Below are positions 25,211 to 39,589 of a stretch of DNA of 64,000 nucleotides, in pieces. The stretch's first letter is position 1, and each line of letters opens with the position of its first letter. A program made the translations under genes and the position numbers. Origin of the DNA: the human T2T-CHM13v2.0 reference genome, Homo sapiens. Under the pieces are notes generated by a model, which saw nothing but the letters and a program-made list of their open reading frames with translations, was not told the origin of the DNA and ran no database searches. The stretch lies in the NCBI RefSeq assembly GCF_009914755.1, contig NC_060935.1; one strand, given 5' to 3'.

Positions 25211-28129
25211 TCAAGAAAGGAGAGGGAGAGACGGAATGGAAGAATAAGAGACTGCCAGCCAGGAAAGCTGCTGCTCTGAAACTTGCTGAGGTCAAGGGGC
25301 TGGCCTGTGCAGCACCTAGCCAAGTGGGCATTCCCTAAAGATGTGTGGCAACCGAACGTGCGGAAGTGGCAAGGAGGTAGCCCGGCTGGTCAGTGTGTGG
25401 CACGAGGAACAGGCTTCCATGTTTAGAACAGAACTGTGTTGGGGGAGAATGAGGAAATAAGTCCACTCAGAAAGGTGGAAAGGAGGCATAGGCAAATGGG
25501 GCGAGTTGTAGGTTAATTTGGAGGGAGGTGGTGAGAAACAGGTCTGGGTGGAAGGAAATGCTGAGGAGAAAGCACCTCTCTTGGCCGAAACAAAACTGAA
25601 GCCGAGGGCACAGAAGTGGGGGCTGGAGAGAGGAAAGAGGCCCTCGCAGGGGTGTGGGGGGCCTGCGCTTCTGCTTTGGGCCTGCAGATGGATAGGCTGG
25701 GGGTGGGGGAGGAGACTGGGCCCTGGAGCCACAGCTGGAGGGCTCTAGGGGGTCTATTCTTGTACCCATTCGACCCCCAGACCTCTCATTCCCGGACCTC
25801 TCCACACTGAGCTCTCAACACCCACACAAAAGGGCCTTGTGTGGTATTACTGGAGATGCCCAATGCAGCTTTATCTCACTGCCCCCACCCTTCCCGGGAG
25901 CCTTGGCATGCACATTGCCCCAGCAGGTGCAGGGGACAGGAAGAGAGGGGCTGGGGACCAGACAGGGGGCAGAGGTCAGATGGAAACATCAGCCTGCCTT
26001 CCTCCGCTGCTACCCCGCTGCCCGGCCTCTTTCACAGTCTTCTATCCTAACCCCTCCCTTCTCTGTTTCTCTCCTCTCCTCCTCTCTGTCCCTCCCCTCG
26101 CTGGGCTTCAGAGTGGTATGGACAGCCTAGAGACAGATCCGGATTTATTCTTGGAAAACACGTCCATGGCAGAGGGTACCACAGCAACAAGTTTCCATGG
26201 TACTTGGACACAAGGCAAATATGGCACAGAGGAGAGATTCCTGGACTCTGAGTCAGAAGACCTGGGTCCTGTCCCTGCCTCTCCTCACCACCAGTGCCTC
26301 CTTAAGCAAGTTGCGTAACCTCCCTAAGCCTCGTTTTTTTACAAATGTCCAACCACTCAATCAACAGTCTGAACAAACCAACGTGTGCCAAGCACCTACT
26401 GGGAGCTGAGCACTTTACTAGGTGCAAGACAAGTAACACAAACATGGTTCTTGCCCTCACAGTACGTACAGCTAAGAGACAACAGGGTTGCTCAGAAGAA
26501 TTAGTGAGCTAAGAGGTTAGTATGGCAGCCAGTCCGCAGCAAGTGCTCAAGAGGTGCTATGCACAGGAGGTCTACCAGAAGCCCAGTGAGGAGAGCGCAG
26601 CCGGACCTCCATCTGCCCTGTGGGATGTGGTTGCAATGGCCCTGACTAGAATTAGAGGGTGGTGCTTAACCTCTGACCTTGTCTGCAGCCCAGTGTCTGT
26701 TCTAGGTGGTTAAAGACAAGGGGAAAACATGAGATAGAGGATAGAGAGGACTGCCCAACCCGGCGAGGCCTGGCTGTCAAGGATATTTGGGTGTGTATGA
26801 ATGAGAAGGGTGTGTTCCTGGGGGCAGGGTGAGAGGAATAAACATAATAACGGCACCTGTTTGAGAAAGGAGAGTTGATCCAGAGCCCTGACTGGGGAGG
26901 GCTCAGAAGCTGGACTCCCTCCCCACTCCCTTTCTAGGAAAGCAACTTGGAAAAACAGAGCCTGGGCCTTGGTGGTGGGCACAGCTGCCAGGGGAGCCTG
27001 GGGCAGTGGTGGGGGCGGGGTGCGTGTGGGAGGAGGCCAGTGGAGGCACTGAAAAGAGAGTCTCATGGGGAATCCGGGACAATGAGCTGATGGAAGGGGG
27101 AATATGGGGAGAAGGAGACGGAGGGGCTGGCTCTGCGAGGGCTGCTCTCCTGGCAGCTTCCCAAGGTTAATTGAGGGGCACCGAGCAGCCTCTGCAACAT
27201 TCCAACAAGAGGGAGGCTGGTTTGAAAAGAGCATTTGCTGTGGGGAGAAGGGGCCTTTCTCTGCCCTGGGCTGCTGTCCCTTTGTGGAGGTTCTTTGAGG
27301 CATGAGCCCTGTGAAAAAGCAGGGACTGAGGAGGGGCCAGGGTGGATGGTTCACCATTCATCATCCAGGCCAACGGGCTGCTCTTGGCAGAGAAGAAGGG
27401 GTCAGTGGCTGGTTCAGCCACCCTCAGCCCTGAAATGATGGTAGCTGGGAAATCTCTGTACACGGAATTCCACCGAGTCTGACTCTAACATGAATTATGG
27501 GCATTTAGAGAAGGGCACGAAGGAAGAGAAGGGGAGGAGGCTGAGTATCAGCTGAAGGACAGGCAGGACAGGCAGTGCCCTTGGGGGGATCAGGAGTTGG
27601 CAGTGTAGAAGAAAATGTTGACAGTTTTTCAGAGACCTGTGTCTAGGTTGAAGGGTTTGGCATAATCAGAAATGCCCAGGCTTTTACCATATGGTGTGCT
27701 AACATAACTAAAACCCACGTGTTTCCACAAACACACACACAAGCAACATGCTGCACACACAGACATTGTAGGAACACACACACGTATGCAAAATCACACG
27801 TACAGAGGTCCACACACCAATGTGGGCCCTCCTGCGCACACACTCACACGCAGAATCTCTTCAGATAACCACACATATGTTATCTTCACCATCTGCTCCC
27901 TCTGGAGCTGCTCGTATGTGCAAGTGTGTGCCACATCCTCACGCATCGCGAGGCTAACGTGGGTTGTGTGCAGGTAGGACGCGTGAACACACGTGTTCAT
28001 GTGCAGGTGGGCCTCGTGCTCTCCCACACCAGAACTCCTGGCATAGACGTACCCAGGACACCCTTCTCGTCTTGCCTAAAGCAGGTCCCAGGGAGACTTG
28101 TCCCCCCATACCCACCTTCTCCACCCCTG

Positions 28130-28525
28130 CTCCGGTCCCAGCGTCCAGGCTGCCGATGCCTCACGCAGTCCCGGCCTCCGGGGCACCCCCGGGTCCCACC
28201 CGCCCGGGCTACAGGCGCTGGGGAGCGACCGTCAGCAGGTGGCGCCGGCGGGAGCCTCGCGGAACCGACTGGCAGAAGGAGGACAAATCCGGTTTCCGCG
28301 CGGAAATGCGGCCATGCCGGCTAGTGCCTAACCCTCCTCACTGTGCTGAGACCGAGCCCCGGAATGATCTACCGAGACCACCAGGCCAAAGAACGCCACT
28401 CCCAAGAGAGAAGAGACAAAGGACAAGATCCTGCCCCTGGGAGGAGACAAGAGGCGCAAGATCAGGGACAGGAAAGCGGCGGGGAGCAACGAACCTCTTC
28501 TGCGGGGTCAGCCAGGGGCCCGGGT
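28130..28525. promoter_or_regulatory. Small CpG-rich element with CTCF motif (28229-28247, +)
   Basis: Local CpG enrichment; CCGTCAGCAGGTGGCGCCG fits the CTCF core CCASYAGRKGGCRC apart from its first base; palindrome TTTCCGCGCGGAAA at 28293-28306. Confidence 0.65.
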
Positions 28526-29276
28526 GTGTGTGCTTGTGTTCCGTGTGCACCTGGCTCAGTGTCTGCATGCACATGTGAGCGCTGCACCCTCATGCAGGGC
28601 GCTACCCGTGTGTCAGTGGATATGGAAGAAGGAGGTGTGAAAAGCTTTGAGGACACAGGTGTGTGTGCGTGCATGCGTGTGTGAGTGTGTGCATACGTCC
28701 CTGCGTGTCTGCACATACGGCTGCGTACAGGGCGACTCACGGAAAAGGTAAAGATGAAGCCAAGAAAACTAGACCTCACAACTGCAGTACAGCCAGCACC
28801 CCACAGACCACAGTCGTTAGCCTCCCCCACATACTCCCCACACCACGCACACTCCAGGGACACACACTCGCACACCACCCACGCAGACAGGTGCTGTGCC
28901 ACCCCATAGAGACCTGCCACCCACACACTTTCTCACATACACGCAGGCCAGTAGAGAACCTAGAGATGCATACAGATACAGCAACGGCACACCGGCTGTG
29001 TGTGCACATGCACGCGTGTGCACTCACACACATGCTGCGCTGTACCTGTAGATCCGTAGTGCCCCACACGCCCAAGAAAGGGAGAGAGGTTTAGGATGGA
29101 CAGATGACTTTCATCCTGTAAAGCACCCTGGTTTCTGAGCCTCTGGAGATCAGAGAGACATGTGGCATCAGAAAGCCCCTTGTCTGAGGATAGGGGTGCA
29201 GGGGAGTGAACAGAGAGCCTTGTACACACACACCCGTGTGCCCCAGGCTGGGGGCAGTGGTGGTCCAGCCGAGTCC

Positions 29277-29297
29277 TTCAGCACTGTGGACAGCGCC
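29277..29297 (+). promoter_or_regulatory. RE1/NRSE (REST binding site)
   Basis: TTCAGCACTGTGGACAGCGCC vs consensus TTCAGCACCACGGACAGCGCC: 18/21, canonical spacing, two of three mismatches in the variable linker. Confidence 0.8.
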
Positions 29298-29639
29298 TCC
29301 ATAGCGGGGCTGCGAAGCCTGGAGCAGTTCTCAGAGGTGCAGGACACCAGAGGCCGCTTACCTGCATCCAGAAGACCAGCTAAGTCAGATATATTCAAGT
29401 CCAACCCTGTTGACCCAGGAGTCTTATAAACAGGGGTTGAAAATACCTACCTCTCAGGGCTGTCGGGATGATCAAATGACTGGAGACCATACAGCACCCA
29501 GCACTGTGCCTAACATGTACTAGAGAACACTGTCAATATCGCTAACAACCACTCTGGCTCCCAGCCCCAGGCACTTCCAGGCCAGGAGATGAATAGTCTG
29601 TGCAAAGCATATTGATTTCCTTGGTGACACAGCATTGCC

Positions 29640-30005
29640 ATGTTGCGGGACCATAAGCCAGGAGATCTGGGTTCATGCCCCAGTCTTGCCAAATTTCTGA
29701 GATGTAGGCAGGTTACTCACCCCATCTGAGTCTCAGTTTCCTGTCTACTAACCTGGAATAATCACCATAATAATACTAACACATATTGAGCTTTGTGAAC
29801 GCCAAGTCCTGTTATAAGCACTTTACAAAGATTAAATCCTTGAATCCTCATGACATTAAATGGAATGATCTGTTACTATCCTCACTGTATAGAAGAATAA
29901 ACGAAAGCACTTGCCTAAGATCACACCAATGGTAGGAGTAGAAACTGAATTGGAACCCAGGCAGCCCGCCTCCAGAATCTGTATTCTCAGCCATGACACT
30001 GTGTG
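29640..30005. mobile_element. Two MIR fragments in opposite orientation
   Basis: GATCTGGGTTCATGCCCCAG...TCTGAGTCTCAGTTTCCTG, then ACTTGCCTAAGATCACAC...TTGGAACCCAGGCAG. Confidence 0.55.
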
Positions 30006-33000
30006 ACCTCCTTCGTGGCATGCCGTGTGCATCCAATGACGTCATGGGTCTAAAAGGAGCTTGAGGACTGCACAGCATTATACGAATGTTAGGGTATATT
30101 GTTATGCATCCCAGCCTAGCTCATGTATGAGTAATTGTGCAAGGAATGAGAACCGAAATGAATACAGGAAACCGGGTGGGGACGGGTGCCATCTGGGACT
30201 GGCGCATCACACCAAGAAGGGAGAAATGGGTAGAAGATGGGCCAAGAGGGGTGGGCAGGCATATGCACCCTCGCATGGCTTTTGACTCTCTCCTTAGTCA
30301 GTCCGTGACTAGCTAAGAGGTCAAAATAGTTTCTAGAAAATTAAGAAGATAATTTCAAGTCACCCTGAAATCCTTCTAATCCTTCTCTTAATTATAACTT
30401 TTGTCTCACCTGACATCTCTCTTCTCCTTCCAACCCCTAAAGCTGTATACTGTCCGTTTATCCCTCTGCTCCTCCCATCACCACCCCTCAACCACCTTCC
30501 CTCATGTGAAACCCGTCACCAGGTCTGTGACCTATCTGAGAATCACTATGCTAGGAGGACCGGTGTTAAGCCGAGTCATCCTAGGACAGGTCCCAGAAGG
30601 ACAGTCAGGAGGGTTCTGTGGATTCAAGAAGGTACTTCTGATGTTTCAAAGTAGTTCTTGGATGTGGAGACCGAGAACTACTTTGCAGATTACTTTAGGC
30701 AAAGGAGACCTCTGGGCACTGCTAGGTCCCCGACCAGCCTCATCCCATGACCTGCTGCTTTCTGTAGAAGGTTCTCTGATGCTCAGAATGGAATCATTTC
30801 ACTTACATAAGCACACACCCCATCTTTTTGGAAGCCCCATACCTCTCATGCTTGGTTGGCTGCTGTGCAGGGCAGAACAGTCACTGGCCAGGGACGGAGG
30901 GGCTTTCAGACCCTCATTTTACCCCATCTCCTATGCTGTCCCAATCTTCCTTTTCTTCCCAGAATCCCAGGCAGTCTTCCCAGCCCTGAGCTGGTCCCCC
31001 TTCCTTCCCCTCCTTGCTGATGAATCTGTTAGGACAGAATTCTTTCCTTGTGCTCCTCACGCTGGCAAATGATCTCAGGCGTTTAACAGCAATGGCTGTG
31101 AATCTGTCACCATTAGCAGTCAGTGAAGGCACCCAAGCACTCTGCTCTCTGTTTTGTTCTTACTCGTTTTCTGTCTCCTGTCATGTTCCCCTCCTGTTTC
31201 CTGAACCTGCGCCCCCCGACCCTCCACTGCCTAAGAAAGATGCAGCTGCTTCTCTTCCAAAGCCCATAGAACAAGAGTCTTAAGGAGCCTCAGAACAGCC
31301 TGGGTTTTCAAGAACGGTCATTTGGTCCTTCCATCTTCACTCTTCACTCACAGCAGAGACGGCCCCACTTCTCTCCTACCCTACCACAGGCAGGCGGGAT
31401 GCCAGGCACTCAGGCTTCCCTGTAGCAGCCCCTGCCCTGAGCTGGTACTACCTGCTTCCTGACATCTCTCTGGGTTTCCACCCCCTAAAGCTCTGTTTCT
31501 GTTCCGCCAAACCAGGCTCATGGACCACCGGTGTCGGGATCACCTGGAGCACATGATAAGAACTCAGCTTCCGGACTTCACCTCAGATGCCCCCAGACCT
31601 GCTGAATCACAGCCTGGAAGCAGGGCCCGAGAGTAGAGCCTCTGCAAAGCCCCTGAGGCTCAGGCACAGCTTGGGGAGCCATGGCCCTTGTAGGAGCAGG
31701 GACCATACTCCAAACCACCAACCTTCTCTCCAGATGACCAGGTGTCCTCAGACACACACAAGCTCTGTGACCTGTTGCTAGAGGAACCCCTGTGCTGGCC
31801 GAGCTGGGCCTGAACTGTGAACCAGGCTCTGCCAATCACTCATTATGGGAACCCTAGCAAGTCACCTTGCACATGTGCCTCCATTTCTGCAGCCACAAAG
31901 TGGGGCTTGATACTTGTTATCTTGTCTCATGATTATGATATAAGGTTCAAAGGAGAAAAGAAAAATGGAAATTTGTTGAAAGGCAAGTTGAATAAATGAC
32001 GTGTGATTCTATTATCATGTAAGAGACGCCTGGTGGTGAAAGACACGGTGTCTGTCAGGAGATGCTGTTCCCATCACGCTGTAGACCAGCAAACAGGCAG
32101 CGTGGCCTCCACCCCAACACTCCCTGTGGGCTTTTCTCGGAGCTTGTCCTGAGCCCAGGAAAGGAAAGGAGGCTGTGCTGGGCATCAAGCACTCACATGA
32201 AGAGTCCCGGAACCTGCTGAATGAGGCTTTGCTCCGCCCACGCTGCCCCCATCTGCCCACAGGCCTGCAGCCCCTACCAAGAGCAGTGGGCCCAGCCCTC
32301 TGCATCGGCTCCTCTCCCTCTAATTACTCTTCACACACTCTGGTGCCAGGCCCTCCAACCAAATTACAATTGATTCTTCACTCCTCTTGGATCAATGCCA
32401 TCGACCCTGGAGCATGGAGGACAAACCCAAACTCACCCTCTAGGAACCAATGGCCCAAGGCAAAGCCTGGCAAGAGACCTGCACGTGCAAACTTGGAATG
32501 TGCATGCACACATGTATGCACATGCACACACACACATGCATTCATCCCCTTGCCCAAGAAGCATATGGATCAGCATGCACACACAATGCACCGGGCCACA
32601 TATGGGTATCCACATGTAGACACATACATAGCTTGATATAGACAGACACTTTCATGCATGTCTACATGCATGTACACAAAAAGCACACAGGCCCACTCAT
32701 ATGCAGGGGTACAGACGCATGCCATTGGCTAGAGAAGAGGACACTCTGAGGCTCACAGGAAGCATGCTCTGGCCAAGTGAGGAGCTGGATTCTAGCCCAT
32801 CCCAGCCCCCTCCCCGGCTGCTCTCCTAGCTCCACGTGTGAGCACACCCACCATCAGTTACGGTGGGAGGGGCCCGGCATCCTGCGACACACACCTCCGA
32901 GCCAAAACTCCTCTGCCGTTGTGGAGGCCTGTGGCGTGCCCTCCCCTGCAATGGACCCTGCCCCATCATCCCTTTGGGGTGTTGGAGAAATGCCCAGCCA

Positions 33001-36000
33001 CTTCTCCACCAGACAAAGCCCGTTATAACTCAGCTGGGCTCTCTCTACACCTCAGTCCTCAGAGGAGCTTGGAGTGCATCTGCACCTGAGGCCCCAAACC
33101 ATTGGAAAGGAGGTGCCAATCCCTACAGATGCCAACACAGAATGACAGCCACCAGCTCACTCCCCTCCCACACAGAATGGGAACATGAATGGCAAGTATA
33201 GAGGAGAAAGAAGACAGAGCAGGACCAGCCATCCAATACAGCCCGAGCAAACACCCAAGGCCTCAGACTCCACTGCTCCTTTCCTTATGGTCAAATTCTC
33301 TACTCCCCGCCAATGGCCAATGGCTTCCTGCCAGGCACATCTCCAGGTTAAGTCACAGAAACACAGAACATCAGGAGAAAAGCTCTGGGAGATCCTCGAG
33401 TCCCTCCAGCCCACATTCTCTCGGTGCCCAACTCTCCTTAATGACATTCCCAGCAAGGGACTGTCCCTCACACCGAACATACCATGCCCAAGGACACCGG
33501 AGGAGCAGAGGCCTCATCACAGAGCCGGTTCTCTGCCGAACAGCTCTAGAATTCTCTCTAAAGAGAGTAAAATCTCCCTCCCCAGAATGTTCACCAGTTG
33601 GCATGAAGTGGAAGGAAAGCCATTTCAATAATAAACGGTTGGTCTGCAGCTTGTCTGAAGGAAGAGCCACTGTTTGGCATTTCTGCTCACAGTTCTCAGT
33701 GCGAGGCTCTGCAGCGCCTGAGGGTGAGACCTGGGGGTTATCTGACCCTTGGAAGAGGGTGAAGGGCACCGTGGCCTTCCCTGTGCAAAAGGAAGATCTT
33801 GAAAAAGTCAGATGTCTGTCAATCTATGGAAGAAGCCTTATTTGAGTTTTGTCTCTAATTTAGTCTACTAATTTCCCTTTACTATACTAATATATTACTA
33901 ATATTCCTAGTGAGTTCTTGGCCTCCGCCTCCCCCCAGATAAGCTGCATTTGCAGGCTTACAGCAGCTGAAGATAGATGTGTATGATCTGGGGAGGACGT
34001 CTTCAGTGCTGTGCCCCATCAACACCTCAGGACTTGGCCCCAGCACTGGAATCAGAAGCCTGGCACATAAAGCCGAAGTCTCTGTCCTCATGGTCTCCAT
34101 GTCCATGGTCTGAACCTTCTCTGTGTAACCTATTTCCTGTCCTCGATCATACAGAGCTTTTCCAACCATCCCGGAGGGCTTAAGGACCAGCAACTCTGCC
34201 CCCCCTCCGCTCGGGCCCCCATACCCCGCCAGTAAGAGCTGCGTGGACTGAGAGGGATTTGCCATTCGGTGATCTCTTGCAGGCCAGAGTAGTGGAGAGA
34301 AGCCTGTGGAAGACCCCTGTGGCTGGCTCGCTCATCCACCATTTCACTCCCAGCATTCCACCATCGACACCACAAGGTTGGAAAGCATTTCCCAAAACAC
34401 CTTGCACTATGTTTCTGGGTGTGGATTAGATGCCACCCATCGCGCGCACTTGCACAAGATTTGGCAGACAAACGGGAGGGGGTGTTCTTCCTGCAGCCCT
34501 AGCTGTTGGTGGCTATCATGGTCATCACAGGCTTGCAGGAGTCTCCAGTGTTCATGCTTCATTTTCCAAGATTCGAAATGTTAGCCTGCACAGCCTCTCC
34601 ATCTGACTGCCTGCTCCCTGAATTCCACTGTCTCTTCTCCCATCTGCAGGTCTCTAGAGGCTTCTCTGGGGCCAGTGGCAGCTCTGACGTCCAAGAGCAT
34701 ACCCTCGATGGTGCCTCTGAGCCATGGCTTCAGTAATTCTGTGTTGTTCTGGGAGTCGCTGTAGTAGCCTCAATCCTGAATCTGCTTCTTCTGCCCTTCC
34801 GATGATTGCGTGAGCCCCCAAATTCCTGTACGCAACCCCTTTTGGTTTGAACTACGTAGATTGGAGACTTTTTCCTTTACTGAACCTTGACATACAAGAT
34901 GCAACCTGGGTTAAGAGCAGTTATGGTGTCAACTTCATTCAACAGACATTTAATGAGTGCAAACCATTTCACCCGGTGCTGTGCCAGGCACAGTGACATC
35001 CCGCAAGCAGGTGCACCGTGTCCTGACATGGTGGCGATAGGCAGGGCGAGGGGTCCGTACTGAGTCTTCACCCAGTCAGCCCAGCTCAAGGGAGTGAGGC
35101 AAGTGGGAGTAGGGCAGCCCTGGCTTCAGAAAGGCCAGGTTGAGCCCCGCCCGGTTCCAGTGCTCACCCCAGACACAGGCGGGTTGCCAACCCTCTCTCC
35201 AGGGCTCAGTTGCTTTGCTGCACTCCCACCGCTCCTCTTCCCCTTTGCACTTTTATCCCTCATCCTCCAGACTCAGGGGATGTGCTCTCCCCTGCAGGTC
35301 TTCCTGGCCCTCCTCCCTCAGTGCCTCTGTTCCATGCTTCATAGAAAATGTTCGATGAATTGAATTCATCTGATCCCAGCCCAGCATTTCTTCTTTCCTG
35401 AACACACACACATGCACACTCTGACACACTCACACACATACACATTCACACACACACTCACCACTAGAGTAAGGTATTTGTCTTGGGTGGGGTTCCCCAG
35501 ATGCTAAGTCTGAGATGGGGGATTCTGTGCCAGGTAGTTATGGAGGGAGGGCTCCCAGGAGGAGCCTTAAGGAGGAGAGGAAAGCAGAATGGCAGGAGAA
35601 GAAGCCAAGAAAAGAACATGGCTTTATCCGAAGTCTCTCTTCCAACTGCCCACCCCCAGAATCCCGGGGCAGGAATGGCACCCAGACTTGTCCCACATTG
35701 GGGGAAGTGCTGGCCTTTTGTAACCTGCACCAGTTCCTCACGGCTGCAGGTCACCCTGGTGTGGGGCGTGGCCTCCTCAGCATCTCCCTGCAAGAAAGGG
35801 TGCAGCTCTGAGCAACAGCAGCCCACACTCAGAGAGAGACAGAGGGAGGGACGGTGGCAGCCCAGGAAGGAGACCTGGGAGGTGCACCGACTGCAAAAGT
35901 ATAACATAGCAAATGCACTGCAGGATTCCTAGAGAATAGGCACTGGACAGAATGGGGTCAAGGGAAAGGTAGCAGGTTCCTAATCCAGTTGCCTTTCTCC

Positions 36001-39000
36001 CTGCCAGCCAAGCCAGAGGTGGGCCAGGCTGATTCCCAGCAAGCCGGCACATGGTCACAACAAAGAACTGGCTGTGCTTGCGGCGTTTGGGGATTCCTAA
36101 TGAGCTTATTAAAAGAGCGACATAAAGCTGCGGGGCGTGTTTTTTACCCTACCACAAACAGAGCTGTTGTTTAGATGCCAGTGAATTCTGCCCTGTGTGG
36201 TGGGACCTGTGCACTGCCAATGGGCACCAGGGCACGGCACAGGGAAGACGCCCCACTCTCCCTGAAAGCTCTGCGTATCTTCTGAGTACCTCCTCGGAAG
36301 GTGGCGGCCTCTAGCACCCCCTCTTATGACCAGCCTGTAGGGAGATCTCCATCCCTCTAGCTGGAAGGTGGTGCTGTTCCACCCAGAAGCCAGGACTGCC
36401 AGGAACAGCTGTGTCAGGGGAGCAATGCAGCTCTGCAAAGACACAGTGAGCAGAGTACGTGTCGTGTCACCTGAGCCCAGAACGAAAGGGCAGAGCCAGT
36501 CAAAGCCGGCCTTGCCCAGAGAGAGGAGACACAGCCCCAGAGCCTGCAAGGTGACCTGGATACCTTGTACTTTGGCAAGGAGGGACAATGCCACAGTGAC
36601 CTGATGCCTCAGTTTTCTGCCCAGGGGACTGACATCAGGGTGATGTGCTACCTGCCTTGAGGTGGATCTCCAATCTTCTTGTTGTTATTGTTGTTTCTTC
36701 GTGTGTAAGCCAGAAATCATGTATTCTATACCCCTACAATAGACTTTAGTGGGGGCCGGCATCACCAAACCAACAAAAGAAGCACTCTGGGAAATTCTGC
36801 AGAAGCCTCTTCTAACTTGTGCTCAGCCTCATGACTTTTCCTTCTGCTTCCTATCCCTGACTTCTTCCTGCCCTAATGGAGCAGATGGTGATCTGTCTTA
36901 GGGTGGAATTGGCCTAAGAAAATATCTCCCCTGGCCAAGAAGAAAAAGTGACAGCAACAGGTCCCAGAGAATCTGTCTCTATCTGGATGCATCAGATGCC
37001 AGAGCAGAAAAGCCTGCACCAGACGCCACCAGCCTGGAGTCCCTGGGGGGCGTCCCCTCCTGTCCCGAGAAGATACACTGGTGACTCCCTGCTTACTAGG
37101 CTGGGGTTGCACATTGTCTTAATTTACTGTACAAGCAGCACCCACGTTGGTTCTTATTTGCATGGTGAACACTGAGCTGGGGCAGTAAAGAAAGGGTCAC
37201 ATTTTACAACAGAGCTGGGAGCATTCTCCTTGCAGTGAGAAACGGCTGAAAATAGGCTTAGCCAGGAAGATGGGACTCAAGTACCAGGGAATTAAGGGAG
37301 ATGTAGATGGGGCTGTTGTTGGGGGACAGAGCAGAGTTGAGCATATAGTCTGCCTGAACCAACTGGTTGGCCTCAGTCAGCCTCTTGGGCTGAAATCCAC
37401 CCTTATTACTTTTATGTTCACTGGGACGTCTCTCTCCACTCACCTTTGGGATACCGCTCCTAGCATGGCAAACACCATCAGCTCTGCACCAAAGGCTGCT
37501 CGGAAATACTGTTTCCTTCTCTCCTGAGCAATTGCCACATACTGGAAATGCAAAAGCCTTGTGAATTCTGGGGTTGTGCAGGGTCAAACTGCCCATTCCG
37601 TGCCTCCAGAGGTGCACACGCCCTAGAACATCAGGTACTGTCCTGTTCCTATGCGTAAGTTATGTGAAAGTGGAAGGCAAGGCTTGGCCAGGGACTCCAG
37701 TCCCTGCACACCTGAGTCCGGGCTGTGCCAGGTGCTCCCGTCCCCCTCCCTGGCCCTGTGGTTCTCCTGCAGAGATAGAGGTGGGGAGGACAAAGGCAGG
37801 TCAAAGCACACTCTTAAAGTTTGTGCTGAAAACTCTGCAATGGTCCTGGAGGGGAGCCTGGACACAAACATCTCCTCTGGCCAAGACCAGAGGCAGGTGT
37901 CCTTTGTTCTTTCTTGTCTCCAGGTCTAAACCCACTTGAGCAGAAAGGGGAGGGGAGCCACCTCAAAGCAGTATTGAAAGCACAAGCACTTCCTCCTTGT
38001 GCAAGTGTAGGGCCCCAGCCAGGCATGCATAGGTCAGGACGGCCCACCAGTAGGAAGAAGGACAGTCCTAGGCACAGAATCCCCAGGGAGAGGGATGAGA
38101 CCTGCAAGGTGGCCCCAAACCACCTTGGCCCCAAACCACCCTTGCCCTCAGTCCATGGAAATCCAGTTTCTTTCCACTTGGGCGTGAGCTGAGGGAGGGA
38201 ATAATGGGTCAGGAAAGCCCCGAAGCTTACCCCAGGAGCAGGCGTCCCAGGCCGGGTGTGGTCCCTCAGCTGAGCAGCGCTTCCCACATGAAGCAGTTAG
38301 GAAGCTGCCTGTGTTTCCAGGGCCCTCGGGGGGGCCCTGGCTCTCACCTGAGCTAACACAGAATGAGAGGCCAAACTGCGATGCCGTGGGAGGCTTCAGA
38401 CGGTGTTTCTTGTGGGTGTTATTTCCAGCCTAATGCTGCATTCACATGGCTCTGCCTGTTGATTACTATATTATGATGTATTAATCACAGGCTAACGAGG
38501 CACTCCGCCCCACTCCTCTCTCCAGGCTGTACAGGATCCCACCTGGATCCCACAGCACCACTGGCTCTCCTGTATCTGCACCCCCAACCCACCCTCAGGG
38601 CCAGCCCTGGGTTCAGCCCCCTTGCCTACAGACAAACTCAGAGGCAGTCATTTCTTGTGTCCACATCCAAGCTAACAATGTCTAAAGCCAGGGTTTGGCA
38701 CCCACAGATCTTTGTGATGCCCCTCTTCCTCACTCTCTGATAACAAAGGTCTAGGAGGCAAAACAAAGCCCAGAAGAGAGGAAAGTCGTTCTGATGTTTT
38801 TCTTGGGTCCAGGAGAATGAGACAGGCTATGGCTCTCTGGGACCTGCGAACTCTCCCAAGTGCTGAGTGAACTTGACTTGGTCCTGGGGAACCGGTTCAT
38901 TCAATAGCATTTAAGTCTTTATGTGGCAAGTGCTGTTTTCAGCCAAGTGAACGGGAAGTTCCTAACTCCCGGGACTTCACTCCTGACAGAGGTGCGCTGT

Positions 39001-39589
39001 CAGGCCTTGGGCCGCTGCAGTGAAAAGTCTTGGTCCTTGACCGTCTGGCGAGGACAGTTCAAACCAGTGACTTCAGGGTATGATCTGAGTCCTCAGTGGC
39101 GCACTGGCTTTAGAAGAAAGAGAGAGAGGACCCAGAGAGAGAAGACTCACTCCCTGACCCCAGGAACAGAGTCTAGCAGGAAAGAAGTACAGATGAATGT
39201 AGTGTCTCGCATCAGGACCGAGGAATCAGGGGACGTGCCACTGAGCTGACAGAGCTTCGGGGACGATGACACTCCATGTATCTGTGTCTGTTTCAGGAGT
39301 CAAACCCCTTACCTGTGATTTATACTTTGCCCTTATAGTCCTGTTCATTTTTTTAGGAGTCCTTCAAAGGCATGAGGTCATTTGTATATGCTCACCCACA
39401 ATATGAGCAGGCCATAGAATATGCCCAGACTTGGGTATAACGTCCTGGACTTAATAGTATTAGTGGGTACCATGATGAGAAAACAGAGGCTGGTATGGTG
39501 ATGATACTGAGGAACAAGAGGGCTTCTTAGGCAGGAGAACTGGTCACCTGGAGATGATGTGGGCATATGCTAAGCCCAAGCCACAACAA

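Noticed and set aside
33880-34895. Possible old ERVL-type LTR ending ...ACTGAACCTTGACATACA
   Set aside because: Only the 3' terminus looks LTR-like; family and boundaries cannot be supported without a Dfam search.
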